Shown: piece by piece, positions 13,070 through 26,300 of the stretch
How positions within the stretch are numbered: the first letter of the stretch is position 1
Layout: each line of letters begins with the position of its first letter
NCBI GenBank assembly: GCA_035221665.1
Contig: CM069133.1
Coordinates: forward strand, 56,048,001-56,112,000
Source of the DNA: Okamejei kenojei
Lineage: Eukaryota
Length of the DNA: 64,000 nt
Reading direction: 5' to 3'
The notes under the pieces: model-generated
What the model saw: only the letters and a program-made list of their open reading frames with translations
Told to the model about the DNA's origin: nothing
Database searches by the model: none
Position numbers and translations under genes: made by a program

Positions 13070-13359
13070 CTACAGAGTCCAAAGATATTAAAATTAATTA
13101 TTGTAATTGTTTTTTTTGTACAGCTCAGTTTTATTTTAAATTCTTAACATTGATTTGTTTGGAAAGGTAAGACTAATTGAGGCTCTGTTAGTCTCACTGG
13201 TCTGTAGTTCCCTGGTTTTTCATTGCAGTCTTTCTTAAAAAGAGGCACACCTTTAGATGGCCTCCATTTTTTCCAGAACCTGGCTCATGACTATCGGTGA
13301 GACAAATATTTCTGCTGCGGTCCCTGGATTTTCATTCCTATCTTCTCACTAGGACCTGG

Positions 13360-14060
13360 GGAGATGGTGCATGGTTGCATGTGACCTAACTCTGGTATAG
13401 GAGGAGGCTGAGCCTACAGATAAGAATGAGAATGGGAAGGGAAATTCAAGTGGTTAGTAACCGGAAGCTTCAGTTGTCCCTAGTGGGCTGAGTGACATGC
13501 TGTGTGGGCTTGGTCTCTGGTTAATTGCAACCCAATGGCATAAACATAGAAGTCTCCAATTTCAGGTAACTGGCATCCTCTCCTCCACCCTTCCCCTGAT
13601 CTATCTGGATTGCCTCATGCACACCTTTCTCCCCATTAGCCTGCCCTCCCCCATCACCCAGATCCTTTCCCTTCCACCTCCTCCTCCACTCCTCTTTCTT
13701 CAAATCTAAACAAAATCACTCCCTCTGCTTCTGCATTTCACTCCTCACTTTCCCTTCTTGTCAGATTCCGCCATCTGGAGCACTTTTGTCTTCTCCAACC
13801 CGTGAGACTATCTCCACCCTACCCCCCCCCCCCCCCCCCCCCCCCCCCGACTCATCTCCCATTCAATGCCTCATTACCTGGATTCACCTATCACTTACCA
13901 GCTCTTGCCCACCCTTTCCACCCACCGTTTTCCACCAACTATCTCAACCTCCTCTACTTCATCAGTTTGGAGAACCCATTTTAATTTTATTTTCCATTTT
14001 CCTCCACAGATACCGCTTGACCCACTGAGTTCCGCCAGCAGTTATTTTCTTTTGTGCTCA
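13360..14060 (+). mobile_element. Penelope-like fragment with an inverted 5' segment
   Basis: 13370-13500 is an inverted endonuclease-region piece; tgcaacccaatggcataaacatagaagtctccaatttcagg (LQPNGINIEVSNFR), a C-rich UTR and a terminal repeat follow. Confidence 0.6.
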
Positions 14061-14392
14061 AAATTAATTGTTCAGCTTAATTACTTCATTGTTATTGACA
14101 AAGGTTGGGGAGACAGCAGGATTTAAGTTGCAGAGGGGGGTAGATTGAACAGAGGGATTGTGAATTCCACCAGACAGCCTTATCTGACCTTCATTCCTTT
14201 ATCTTTCAGTCAGAATGGACAAAAAAAATCCCAAGTGTGCATTACATGCTTATATCTCATTGCGAATGCTCTTTGAAACTAAGCATTTGATTGTTCAAAG
14301 TTCCTTCTTTCGTGGGTTGGTGTCAAGCTGTGCTTCATGGCACTCAGTGGGTAATCTTGGGACATTTTACTACAATAGTTACTATTTATGTA

Positions 14393-14485
14393 TGGATGAT
14401 GGGTCTCGACCCATAACATCACCTCACCATGTTCCCCAGAGATGCTGCCTGACCTACTGAGTTATTCCAGTACTTAGTGTCTTTT
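14393..14485 (+). mobile_element. Penelope-like terminal fragment
   Basis: gatgatgggtctcgacccataacatcacc...gagatgctgcctgacctactgagttattccag. Confidence 0.7.
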
Positions 14486-15463
14486 GCTTACCTACAATTG
14501 CAATAGTAGAAGATTGGGCAGCTGCCTCATTAAGCAGTTAAAATATTTTTAAGGAACAGTTGGCATGTGGAACAGGATGTTCTGGCTTTTTGTTTATATT
14601 TGATGAAATAAAACTCCAGTGATTAACAAACTGGAAGGAACAAGACACATCTTAAAACTCTTTTCAAACTGAACTGAATGAGGTTTACGTTATTGAAAGA
14701 ATTACATTTCTCACTTTCATTTCTCTTTATTCTGGGTTTCCCACAGTGTTGCTGAAGCCACCAGGTGACTGACAGAGACCAGAGGTTATTTGTCGTAAGT
14801 TTATTTTTTATTATTTGCTTCCCCTCTGCTCATGTACTAACATTGTCCATGGTCCAGGACTGACACGTGCTAATCTGATTCCAGCAGTTCATGCCTCGAT
14901 AAGTTGAAAAATCAGCCCCTTGCATGACAACACCACTGGAGAAAGCTATATTATGCAGAAATTACAGAGCACGGCCTTGCAGGCAATTGACTGACATAAA
15001 AATAGCTATAAAAATGCAATGTAAATTGATTAAATTGGATCCATTGGAAACTCTTACAGAACAGTGTTCAAAGATAATTGAGAGGGGACATAATTGCAGA
15101 AGAGGGCAGGAAACAGGTGAGGGAAACATCCCAAGGACTACATAAATCAATTTCATTGAGATGGGTCCATTACTGGTTACAGCATCAATCATGAGGAATA
15201 ATCCCAAAAGAGATATTGTTATCATGTCCTTCAATTCATGCCTGCAAATGCAATGCTACTTATGGCAAATGATGCTCTGGACATTATTAGTTTTTATGAT
15301 GATTACATTTGGAAGGGAACTACAATGCAGCATTTGTTTCAAGGCTGCTGTGGCAGCTGCTCAGTGCTGTGAATATGTCTATCATGGAATGAGGAACAAG
15401 TACAGCCAAACGAATGGCAGATCAGCCTTGCAATGGAGAAGGCCCGGGACAGGAAGGTGAATA

Positions 15464-15595
15464 TCAGTCTGAAGAATGATCTCGATCTGAAACGTCACCC
15501 ATTCCTTCTATCCTGAGATGCTGCCTGAGCCACTGAGTTACTCCAGAACTTTGTGGATTTTTGGTAAAATAACATCAGCAGTTCCTTGTGCCTAA
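15464..15595 (+). mobile_element. Penelope-like terminal fragment with near-intact hammerhead core
   Basis: CTGAAGA (15469), at, GATC-TC-GATC, t, GAAACGTC, accc. Confidence 0.75.
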
Positions 15596-15599
15596 ATAG

Positions 15600-16670
15600 C
15601 TTCATTATTTTGTAGCTTACAATCCAATCGTATGCACACTAAATAACCCTCACCCTCTCCCTTCTTCCCTCATATAACCCCACCTCTTACCCCTCCCCCT
15701 TCCTCTGTGCCCCTCCTGTACATGCATCTATTTCTCCCCTCTCCCTCCCCTTTCACCTACATTCATACACCCCTTCCTATAGTTTCACAATTTGCAACTC
15801 TTCAACCCTTTTGTCTCACACCTTTTGTCTTTTCATCTCTATCCAACCATCTGCCTATAAAATAACCCTCCTCACCTTTGGTGGCCTATCACCTGCCAGT
15901 TTGGCCTGCCTCTCCTCTCTTCCAGCTTTCTTCCTCCCCCGCCCCCCACCACCCCACCCCCCACCCCCCCCCCCCCCCCCACCCCAACCCCCTGCCCAGT
16001 TAGACTGAAGAAGAGTCCTAACCCAAAATGTCACCTATCCATGTTCTCCAGAGATACTGCTTAACCCATTGAGTAAAGGGGCTGTCCCACTGCGGTGCCC
16101 TAATCCGCGAGTTCAGGCGAGTTTGCCCTCGACTCATACTCGCAGCATGGTTGAGACGAGGTCCTAGGAAGTCTTTGTAACTCTCCTTCATGCTCGAGAG
16201 TAGTCCCCACGTTCTCGAGGTCTCAGCTAGGTCGCGCCGTATTTTTCAACATGTTGAAAAATGCCCGCGAATAAAAAAAGCTCGCCATGGGAAAAAATAG
16301 ATACTTTTTCACTCGTAGGTTTAGTCAAGTCGGTCGTAGTAGGTCGGCATGTTAATGAAAGGTAGTCGAAGGTAGTCATAGATAGTCTTCAACATAGCCG
16401 AAGGGAGGTCGAAGGGAGGTCGAAGGAGATCGAAGGAGGTCGTCTTCACTCTCCACTATTCGGTGTCCAATTTTCCCAAAGCTAGTCGAAGCTAGTCGAA
16501 GCTAGTCGAAGCTAGTCTTCAACAGAGTCGTAGGAGGTCGAAGGTGGTCTTCTACATGGTTGAAGGAGGTCTTTAACATGACATTTTTTCGAACTCTCCT
16601 AAACTCTTCTAAACTCGCCAACTAGGTCGCCGCAGTGGGACAGCCCCTTTACTCCAGCACATTGTGTTGT
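15600..16670 (+). mobile_element. Penelope-like 3' region interrupted by a MITE
   Basis: C-rich UTR and ctgaagaagagtcctaacccaaaatgtc at 16005; the terminal gagttactccagc is split by the MITE. Confidence 0.7.
16077..16648. mobile_element. PIF/Harbinger-type MITE, 572 bp
   Basis: TIR AGGGGCTGTCCCACTGCGG; TAA/TTA flanks at a host TTA; internal GCTAGTCGAA and GAAGGGAGGTC repeats. Confidence 0.85.
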
Positions 16671-18419
16671 CTTCAACTGCCAGTCTGCTTGGAAGTCAAT
16701 TTTAAACATGCTATTTGAAAAGTGTTGTCTACTAGTTGTTTTTTGGGAAATCAATAATTCACCTGTTCCTGCTGATTTCTGCACTGCTATGTGACATTCC
16801 TCAAATGCGATGTTCATCTCACAAGTACTGATGAGTTGCATAATAAATTGTTCCAAATTAACCTGAAGAAGTATGATCAGGGAAGTGAAGATATTAATGA
16901 TTAAAATATATTGAAAAAATAATTAGATCCTCCTACTATTTAATCCAGACCTTATTTGAAAATAGAAGCAGATGTATTGAAATTACATGAACTAGGCATA
17001 TTAAAGATGCATATATGAATGAGGTTTTAAACATCCTTTATTAAGCTGTCTGCTATTGATCACTAACATTTGGTAATGGTTATTAAATAATGAATGCCTT
17101 TGTTATAATAAATTGGACAGGGGATGGGAGGAAATTAAGTTAATCCACCGCCACACAATTTGCAGCAAGCAGTATTATTTTAAACCTAAATTTAAAATTT
17201 AAATGGAGATGGGGGACAAGTTGTTCCAGTGTGTTGGCCAGTTCTCTCCCTCAATAAAATCAATAACGGTGGCCATTTCCATTCATGAAGCATCTTTGAT
17301 GTTTTGACATATCTCACTTAATTTAACAAGGTCAATATAGAACAAAAATTATCTTGTATCACAGGGAGAGTTATTAAGACGGATGACCAACAGCTTGTTA
17401 TTGAGATAATTGTACGCAGTTTCTTAAAGGAGTAGAGAGAGGTGGACGCAGAAAAGATGAACAGGAAATTCTATTGGCACGGCTATTAAATCCATGGACA
17501 CCAATGGTGGAATGATTCATGTTAATAGAGTGCAAGAATCAAAGTTGTAGAAACAGTGATCTAGAAGCTTGAATTACAATTGGAGATGGGTTGGGATGCG
17601 ATTGGCAGTGGTGTAGCGTATGCCTTTCATTGCATTCTTAAAAATAGGATGAGAAATTTGAAATTAAGGCATGGGAGAGTCATAGCCTGATTGGAGTAAA
17701 CAGCACAAGCACAGTTGGTGATTGTAATGGGCAAGCTGAGATCTCAACAGAGCGATTTGTTTACCTTTATGCTGTCCTGTGGATCAGTAAATCTACTGAT
17801 TGTATTCAAGTAGATCAGTGAATCTACTGATTGTATTTTTAATGTTATTTATGCACTACATTGGGACTTTTTGAGATAAATTTAAAACCAGTCAGTTGTA
17901 TTTATTGAGTGCCAGAAGGTTTAGGTCTTGAGGCAGAGAGGCAGTGAGGCAGCACACAAGTGTATCATCTACTATATTATGGAATGATTGACAAAACGAG
18001 TACCAGAAATTCCTAACATATCTTTTACTTCAGACATCTTTTTCTCTCCCCTTATATCTCACCTTCTACCCTCCCTCCCATTCACTTTTCTCTCTTTCTT
18101 GTATGTTCCTCTTTCCCTCCCTCTTCCCTTTTCCTCCATATGTCAGGCATGCATTAAGGAGAAAATAAACAAATACGATTTAAAACAATTAAAAATTGGT
18201 AAGGGCTTTACACCGGATTAAACAGCTTGACGAGATTTGTTATTAAGAACATTAAATTACACATACTGACAGTGTTCCAACAATATGAGCACACTTGAAT
18301 AATTTGCTATTTTTTATTAAGCATAGTACTGCTGAAAACAACTTTAATTCTCCACAAAAAATATTGACAGCAAAAATAATCTAACACAAGGTATGGATGG
18401 TTTTTCACTACTTCATGGA

Positions 18420-19883
18420 GATCTAAATGAAATATGTAACCACATTTTTTGTTTTATTTTTGGGCAGTCCATATTAAAAACATGAATTTCTGGCTGGAAG
18501 AAATGGATCAGCAACCAGACTGGTTAAGGATGGAAAAGGAAGATGGTTTGCCTTTTGAAATTGGTTCGATTATGTTTTCGCCCACAAAATTGCACAGAAA
18601 AACCTATAGGGAAAACCCTATAATACATAGTGGTATACGAATCTGGAAACAATTAAAAAAGGCTTAAAAATTGGATAATATATCACTCTGTTTTCCCATT
18701 GTAAGGAACCTTCCATATTGGATAAAGGTTTCACACAATGGAAAAATTACGGAATTAAAAAGATGGGACATCTTTATAAGAAAGGAATTTTTCTTTCAAT
18801 TCAGGAGTTACAACAGATTTATGAACTGCACTCAAATAACTTTTTTAGATATCTACAACTTAGAGATTATGTTAAATCTAATACACAAGAGGGGATCCAA
18901 AAATCCTTGATGAATGTTTGAATAAACATCCTAATACAGAAGAATAAACAACTTATATTGATAATACCCTCTGAGATAGCGAGGTCCCATTGATGGAATC
19001 ATATAGACATACATGGGGAAATGAATTAAGCCAACCTATAACGAAATATATTTGGGACAAAAGTCTACAATATATACATCAATGTTCGCTAAATGCCAGA
19101 CATGCTTTAATACAATTCAGTTTTACACAGATTACACTACTCTAAAGTAAAACAAAATAGAATTTTCCCACATATCTCGCCTATCTGCGATAAATGTTAG
19201 CATCTAGAGGCTAACATAACACATACTTTTGCAAATTGTATAAAAATCAAAAATTTCTGGACTGATATTTTTAGAATAATTTCTGAAGTTGTTAATACTA
19301 AACTGGTCCCCAACTCAAAACTGATAATACTTCGAATATCAGAACAAAGTCTAACACTCACAACAACCCAAATAAACTTTTTAGACTACAGTATAATAAC
19401 TGGGAAGAAATTAATATTAAAATTTTGGAAAGGCTCTATAACCTCCACAATTAAAATGTAGATTATGGAAATGTCGGCGACCCTACACCTGCAAAGAATC
19501 AGATTTGTCTTAATGGACAAACAAGAACTTTTTGTTAGAATATGGTCTTCATTCATCGATTATTTGAAAGGGTAGATTGGTTCGGCACGGGAACCTAACT
19601 GAAACGTGAACTTAGGATTAGATGAAAAGTTATACTTTATAATCTTCAAACCTATCTCCAATTATGTATTATTAGTAAATCATTCCATTCTTTTTTTAAA
19701 ATCTTGACATTTTTTTTTTCCTTTCTTTCTTTTTCTTACTTTCTATCTATATAAAAAAAATAGAAGCAGAATGAATCCACAATTGATAATATTAATAATG
19801 TATCATTGATACATATGAAATGTTTTAACCATAATATGTCTTTGCGTCTAATAAAAATAAAAATAAAATAAAAATAAAAATAA
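18420..19883 (+). mobile_element. L1/Tx1-like LINE 3' portion
   Basis: Decayed ORF2 C-terminus (FTQWKNYGIKKMGHLY, FFRYLQLRDYV, CDKC-H-C knuckle near 19185), T-rich UTR, AATAAA and A-rich tail. Confidence 0.8.
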
Positions 19884-20158
19884 ATATGTAACTGAACAGT
19901 TACTGACGTACGGAGATGCATAATTTTGCTGAAATTCATTTCTTATTACCAGAGATTCTGTAACTTTAATCATTAAGCTTCACACATTCTATTTTTTATT
20001 ATCAAAGTTTTAAGGCTTGCCAGCAGCTGCTAATGAAAAGAAATATTCCTGAAATGTTACACATTTTATTTATATTGTTGGGCAAATTAGTTTATCAGCG
20101 ACCCATATGAAAAACATACACATGGTGAAATCCAACTTTATTCCATTAAGTAAACAGG

Positions 20159-20686
20159 NNNNNNNNNNNNNNNNNNNNNNNNNNNNNNNNNNNNNNNNNN
20201 NNNNNNNNNNNNNNNNNNNNNNNNNNNNNNNNNNNNNNNNNNNNNNNNNNNNNNNNNNNNNNNNNNNNNNNNNNNNNNNNNNNNNNNNNNNNNNNNNNNN
20301 NNNNNNNNNNNNNNNNNNNNNNNNNNNNNNNNNNNNNNNNNNNNNNNNNNNNNNNNNNNNNNNNNNNNNNNNNNNNNNNNNNNNNNNNNNNNNNNNNNNN
20401 NNNNNNNNNNNNNNNNNNNNNNNNNNNNNNNNNNNNNNNNNNNNNNNNNNNNNNNNNNNNNNNNNNNNNNNNNNNNNNNNNNNNNNNNNNNNNNNNNNNN
20501 NNNNNNNNNNNNNNNNNNNNNNNNNNNNNNNNNNNNNNNNNNNNNNNNNNNNNNNNNNNNNNNNNNNNNNNNNNNNNNNNNNNNNNNNNNNNNNNNNNNN
20601 NNNNNNNNNNNNNNNNNNNNNNNNNNNNNNNNNNNNNNNNNNNNNNNNNNNNNNNNNNNNNNNNNNNNNNNNNNNNNNNNNNNNNN
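20159..20686. other. assembly gap (528 N)
   Basis: Run of N ending 36 bp from the 80-bp exon. Confidence 1.
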
Positions 20687-20722
20687 TGTTGAATGCTTTG
20701 ATTATCAATTAACAGCACTCAC

Positions 20723-20802
20723 CTGGTGGGATGTATTGACTTAATCCATTTGATTTTACAAGAACATTGGTGTGAAACGTCGCATCAAATCTTTCATCAG
20801 CA
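20723..20802 (-). CDS. CHRNA8: nAChR alpha7-family coding exon, equivalent to CHRNA7 exon 5
   Basis: (S)[26 protein letters not shown](G). Exactly 80 bp with ttttgcag| acceptor and |gtgag donor; phases join the neighbouring exons in frame. Confidence 0.92.
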
Positions 20803-22249
20803 CTGCAAAATAAATGGGGTGAAAACATTATAACATTCCAATAACATCTTAACATTAGATTATTCAAATTTAGTGGTAACAAGTTTAAAATAGTCACTAA
20901 TAGATCTAATAAAGTGTTCACCAGAAACAGCTTTGCAAGTGTAAGCCATTTCAGGGATGGGTTGGCTTATTTACAAATAAATCATTTTTCAAAGAAGGAA
21001 GACGGAGAGGGTACAGCACTGAATATAGCCTGGACATTCAGTAGCAATGAAACCATGAAGCTAATCAGTTGATAGCTTGAAAATAACCATTTCCTAAATT
21101 GAATGCCAATTATCTGCACCTTCAAATCTGACCCTTAAGAATTATAAAGTTGAATGTGGTGTTAGGTCCTTCACTTTGATTCTGGTTCATTATCATCCCA
21201 TTTCTCAGTTCCTTTCATGTCTGATTAATGAATGAATACTTTTTTTGGCCAAGTATTCACATGCAATGAGTTTGCCTTGAAATTCTCATCATACGTTGAC
21301 AATCCTATCACATTTCCTCAATCCCAAGACAGCTTTCCTGACCTCGTCTTGTAAAATGCAAGTGCACGCACATATTTCTGGGTAGCGTGGCACAGACAGA
21401 CCCTTGCAAAAGACTGAAATAAATCAGGTTAATGGTGCTTAGACATAGGATATTAATTAGCCTGAACATCACATCAAGAGGCAGACTGCACTGGATCCAG
21501 TCAGCTGTACAGCAATGTGAGCATAATTCCTGACTGAAATATTCTGAGAGCTACATGTGCTCTAACCCCACCCCTCCCTCCACCCCCAGCTGAAGCATCT
21601 CAAAAATATGTATCCTCTTAACATTCAAAAACATCTAAAAATAAAAAAATATATATAATTTTTAAGATTAAAAATGAAGGAAGTATTGAAGAGAAAACAA
21701 AAAGCATATTTGAATTAACACAATTAAATCATAAATTATTTAACTTTTGTACTTAACCTCATGCTGACAAGTGGAAGGGCCAGCTTTTATTTTAATTGCC
21801 ACTGTTAACCTGGCTAAGTCGGCAGCTTTCCCAGCATATGTTCAGAGGTGTCAAACTTAGTAGTGCAATTGGGAGCATCCTTGCAATCAGCTGCTTGTAG
21901 ATTTGACACTTTCACATCTGCACAGAATTCCTGATCTCACTCGCATTACATAGCTAAATGCCACTACCTCCATGCAGAACCATGGTATTCAGCAGAAATG
22001 TGGGCCCCTGTCACTTTTATGGTGCTCCTAATAATGGTAACTTTTGTATTCTTTTGTTATACCATTAGGAATGGATTGTCAAAAATCTAGTGACATTCCA
22101 TTTGGTGACATTTGTAGTCAATCGATAAAGAGACGTGGGTGATAGCAGCTGTTTGGTAATAAAAAGCAGTATGTTCAACATGCACACTTACAGTTTGTAA
22201 GCACTAGTATGTTGTATGTTGTATGCATCTATGGAAGGATAGATGAGTG

Positions 22250-22630
22250 GTGGGTGGAAGTACCCCACAGGAATGAAGGGTTTGTTGTGTGAAGGGACAT
22301 TAAGCAAACTGAGCCTATACTCCCTCGTAAAACTTTGAAAGGGTTTACAGTGTTCATGTTGAGCTAATGCTTCCTCCTGCTAAGTTGTTTAGAATTAGGG
22401 GTCACAGTCTCAAAATAAGAGGCAGCCATTCAAATTGTATCTAGGGAATACATATTTTGACATTTCTGCCCTAGTGGGCTATGAAGGCACAGACAACAAT
22501 GATATTTAAGTCAGTAATCGCCAGATTGTTGGTTATTCAGAGAGTGAAGGAGAGTGGTGCTGAGGTACAGGTCAGCCATGGTCTTAATGGATGGCGGAGC
22601 AGGTACAGGGACCAAGTGGCATATGCCAGC
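22250..22630 (+). mobile_element. old CR1 3' fragment
   Basis: tagaattaggggtcacagtctcaaaataagagg...gtcagccatggtcttaatggatggcggagcagg. Confidence 0.65.
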
Positions 22631-23587
22631 TATTATTTCTTTTCTTCTTGTAAAGTGCTGGTGACCAAATGTATACCAGTAGTAAGAGAGGAGCAGAAGA
22701 TGTTTTTGAGATGTCCTCTAGATGCAAAGTCACGGAGTCATGGAGTGGTTCATTTTTCATTTTATAGTAATCTATGCCAAGACAAATTTATCAGTATTAA
22801 ACAGGTATAGAATTGTCCATATTTTCTTAATTTAAAACTGTGCATGAAATTCGGTTTGCACTATCGGTGAATCTATAACAATTTCCCTACGGGCAAAGAA
22901 ACTATCAGCTATTCCCAAATTCCTATTCTCTGCGTGACTGACAGGATTGAAGAAAACCATTTATTCACAATCTCCAGGCTATAAGCTTTAGAGAAAGCCA
23001 GGATAAGTCCCAAGGCAGGTTTGCAACACCTGATTACAGAGTTCATTTTCAATCTGTCAGACCAACAACCAAGTTCATTTTTCAACTCCTGAAATCAAGC
23101 CGCTATTGGAGCACAGCTCAGTCATCAGTTGAAAAATGAAGCCAACCTATTGCCAAAAGTTGAAGCGTTACACATAGACCAAGTTGCTGCACATGTTATT
23201 GGACGCAGATTTTATATTTCACTTTCTTGTATTTGGCAACGATTAGGAATCGACAAATAATGAGAAACAGCAGCTTAGGAAAGTGAAGCAGCCCATTTCA
23301 AACCTTGTTCTTCCTTGGCAGTGATAAGAATTCACCATCACATTCCTGGTACAGAAATGCTGAAGAAACCAGTGGAAGTCAGTAAAAGGTCAGAGAAACA
23401 TTTAAAAGATCTGGAAAGTTTGTCGGTGGAAAAATCGAGCAAAAATTAATATATATCTACCGTATTTGGTTAGATTACCATGTCAACTTTAGACGTGTGT
23501 TAGAATAATATTTTCAAAAAATGAAGAACAAGCTGAGAAATTAAGTATTTGGTTCAACCGGGTAGTACAGTTGTTTATGCTCACTTA

Positions 23588-23685
23588 AATCTGAAGAGGG
23601 ATCCCGACATGAAATGTCACCTTTCCATCTTCTCCAGAGATGCTGCTTGACCCGCTAAGTTACTCCAGCACTTTGAATCTTTTTT
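23588..23685 (+). mobile_element. Penelope-like terminal fragment
   Basis: ctgaagagggatcccgacatgaaatgtcacc...gagatgctgcttgacccgctaagttactccagc. Confidence 0.7.
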
Positions 23686-24637
23686 TCACCTACATCTATC
23701 AATTTGCTTCTGTACTTTTTTACTCACATGGTTATCTTGAGTTCCCAGGAATGCTATTTATTATTTGTTCCAATTACTCTTTGTAGAAACAACAAGTTCT
23801 GCATTTTAACTATCTTCTGGGTGAAATTATTTCTCCTGAATTCATTACTAGATTTAACAGTGACAAAATTATTGTCCTGTTCCTCTCTTCCCATAATTAA
23901 AGACATCTTCTCTCAGTCTAGCCTGTCAGACATGAATCCTAAAAAACTCTCACGTCTCCACTCTTTAGAAGATCACTACTTTGTTAAAAACTATGTTGAT
24001 GAATCAAGTGATGTAAAACCACGAGATGGTTAGGAAAAACAAAGAAGATGAAACTATTCCAAGGATTTAATGGTTAATAATTGAAAGTTATTCTGAGTTG
24101 ATCAGTTAAAAGAGCTGGGGAATATAATTTATGCAGTGAGTGATTGGATAGGGTGATGGATATTCCTCAGGGGAGCTTGGGAGGGCAAAATATTCTCAGC
24201 AGGAAGCTTGATGAAGGATTTATTATTACCTCTTACAGGGATAGGTAAAGATGCAGATGTGGCCACTTAGGACAATTGATAAATCTACCCAAATAGCCCA
24301 GGATTGCACATCATGGTGTGCACAGGCACTACTGTGAGCTATATACCTGTTCAAGGTGCTTTTGCTTTCACAGAGGATCATTAGCACTCACTACTTTTGT
24401 ACTATGATTATCCCAAGACTATGATTATCTCAAGATTATATACTGAAGACGCATGATGGGCAAAGAGACACAGTGAAGGTAATTTTTATGGTCCGGTAAA
24501 TAGATTTTGGAAATGTTTACATTGCAAGGCACAGGTAGCTGGAGCAACGATAAACATAAGATGCTTATAAACCAGAGTGAGTGCAATGAAACTGATCAGA
24601 GATAAGAGGAGTTACTTTATGACAAACATTTACAGGA

Positions 24638-25390
24638 CATAGAAACATAGAAATTAGGTGCAGGAGTAGGCCATTCGGCCCTTCGAGCCTGCACCGCCAT
24701 TCAATATGATCATGGCTGATCATCCAACTCAGTATCCCGTACCTGCCTTCTCTCCATACCCTCTGATCTCCTTAGCCACAAGGGCTACATCTAACTCCCT
24801 CTTAAATATAGCCAATGAACTGGCCTCCACTACCCTCTGTGGCAGAGAGTTCCAGAGACCCACCACTCTTGTGTGAAAAAAGTCCTTCTCATCTCGGTCC
24901 TAAAGGATTTCCCCCTTATCCTTAAGCTGTGACCCCTTGTCCTGGATCTCTCCAACATCGGGAACAATCTTCCAGCATCTAGCCTGTCCAACCGCTTAAG
25001 AATTTTGTAAGTTTCTATAAGATCCCCTCTCAATCTCCTAAATTCTATAGAGTATAAACCGAGTCTATCCAGTCTTTCTTCATAGGACAGTCCTGACATC
25101 CCAGGAACCAGCCTGGTGAACCTTCTCTGCACTCCCTCTATGGCAATAATGTCCTTCCTCAGATTTGGAGACCAGAACTGTACGCAATACTCCAGGTGTG
25201 GTCTCACCAAGACCCTATACAACTGAAGTAGAACCTCCCTGCTCCTATACTGAAATCCTTTTGCTATGAAAGCTAACATACCATTCACTTTCTTCACTGC
25301 CTGCTGCACCTGCCTGCCTACTTTCAATGACTGGTGTACCATGACACCCAGGTCACGCTGCATCTCCCCTTTTCCTAATCGGCCACCAAA
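24638..25390 (-). mobile_element. young CR1 3' fragment, (TTTCTATG)n tail
   Basis: ORF 24830-25438 (LYRVLVRPHLEYCVQFWSP); closely matches 58000-58742 in inverse orientation. Confidence 0.95.
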
Positions 25391-26074
25391 TGGTACCATT
25401 GGTAGAAAGGACAAATGGTAAAATGGTTTTCTAAGCACCGGAAGAAAAGTCCTGGCTGTCAGCCAGTTAGAAACAACTCCTTCACAGATAAAACAAGCAT
25501 CAAAGAATTCAAAGCAAATTGGGTTATTGGTGATTCATTGCAAAAATGTAATATCCACACTTACATAACCATTGTAATGTTAAATATATGAAATGCTGTA
25601 CATTTTTAGAGTTTGTGAAACACTTTGGGTCCTTTCAAGGTGCTTCTAAGTATATACTGCCAAGGACTGAATAAACCAAGTTGTTTGAGAAACGCCATTG
25701 CTCTCTGAGATTTTCTTTGTGCATTGTCACAATCAGAGCTGTAGTTAAGAGGGCACTGAGCCCCATATCAAAGCCAGATTCAGGGTGCAGGTCAAACGCA
25801 CAATTTCCTCCAAGATAGGATAATAAGGAGATATACATTTAGGTTATAACTAGGAGAAACAATAGGGAAATCAGATGGAGAAGTAGGATAATTATCCGTA
25901 TTTGATGAATTAAGTCTGTTCTTGTATATTTCATTGTTGTGGCTCATGTTTCGTTGTGAAAGTGGAGTTGAAAATCAGGGTGCCATTCTAATAAACCCAA
26001 TGTTTTCATTTCACTGCCCGAATTTAATTACTTCTGCAGTTGGAAACCTCTATATTGGGTTATTACAAATGGCT

Positions 26075-26300
26075 ACTGTGGAATTCTCTGCCACAGAAGG
26101 CAGTGGAGGCCAATTCACTGGATGTATTCAAGAGAGAGTTAGATATAGCTCTCAGGGCTAACGGAATCAAGGGATATGGGGAAAAAGCAGGAACAGGATA
26201 ATAATTCTATATTATCAGCCATGATGATATTGAACGTGCGGTGCTGGCTCGAAGGGCCGTATGGCCTACTCCTGCACCTACTTTCTATGTTTTTATGTTA
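26075..26300 (+). mobile_element. CR1 3' end
   Basis: ctgtggaattctctgccacagaagg...tggcctactcctgcacctactttctatgttt. Confidence 0.85.

Noticed and set aside
13786-14126. Poly-proline or poly-glycine ORFs (also 15811, 31228, 36208)
   Set aside because: Translations of C/G homopolymer runs within transposon non-coding regions.
17782-17840. Short local tandem duplications (also about 4177-4215, 24401-24440, 51226-51268)
   Set aside because: Two-copy slippage duplications with no further structure.
20070-20718. Long ORFs here and at 36545-36940
   Set aside because: They run through N gaps.
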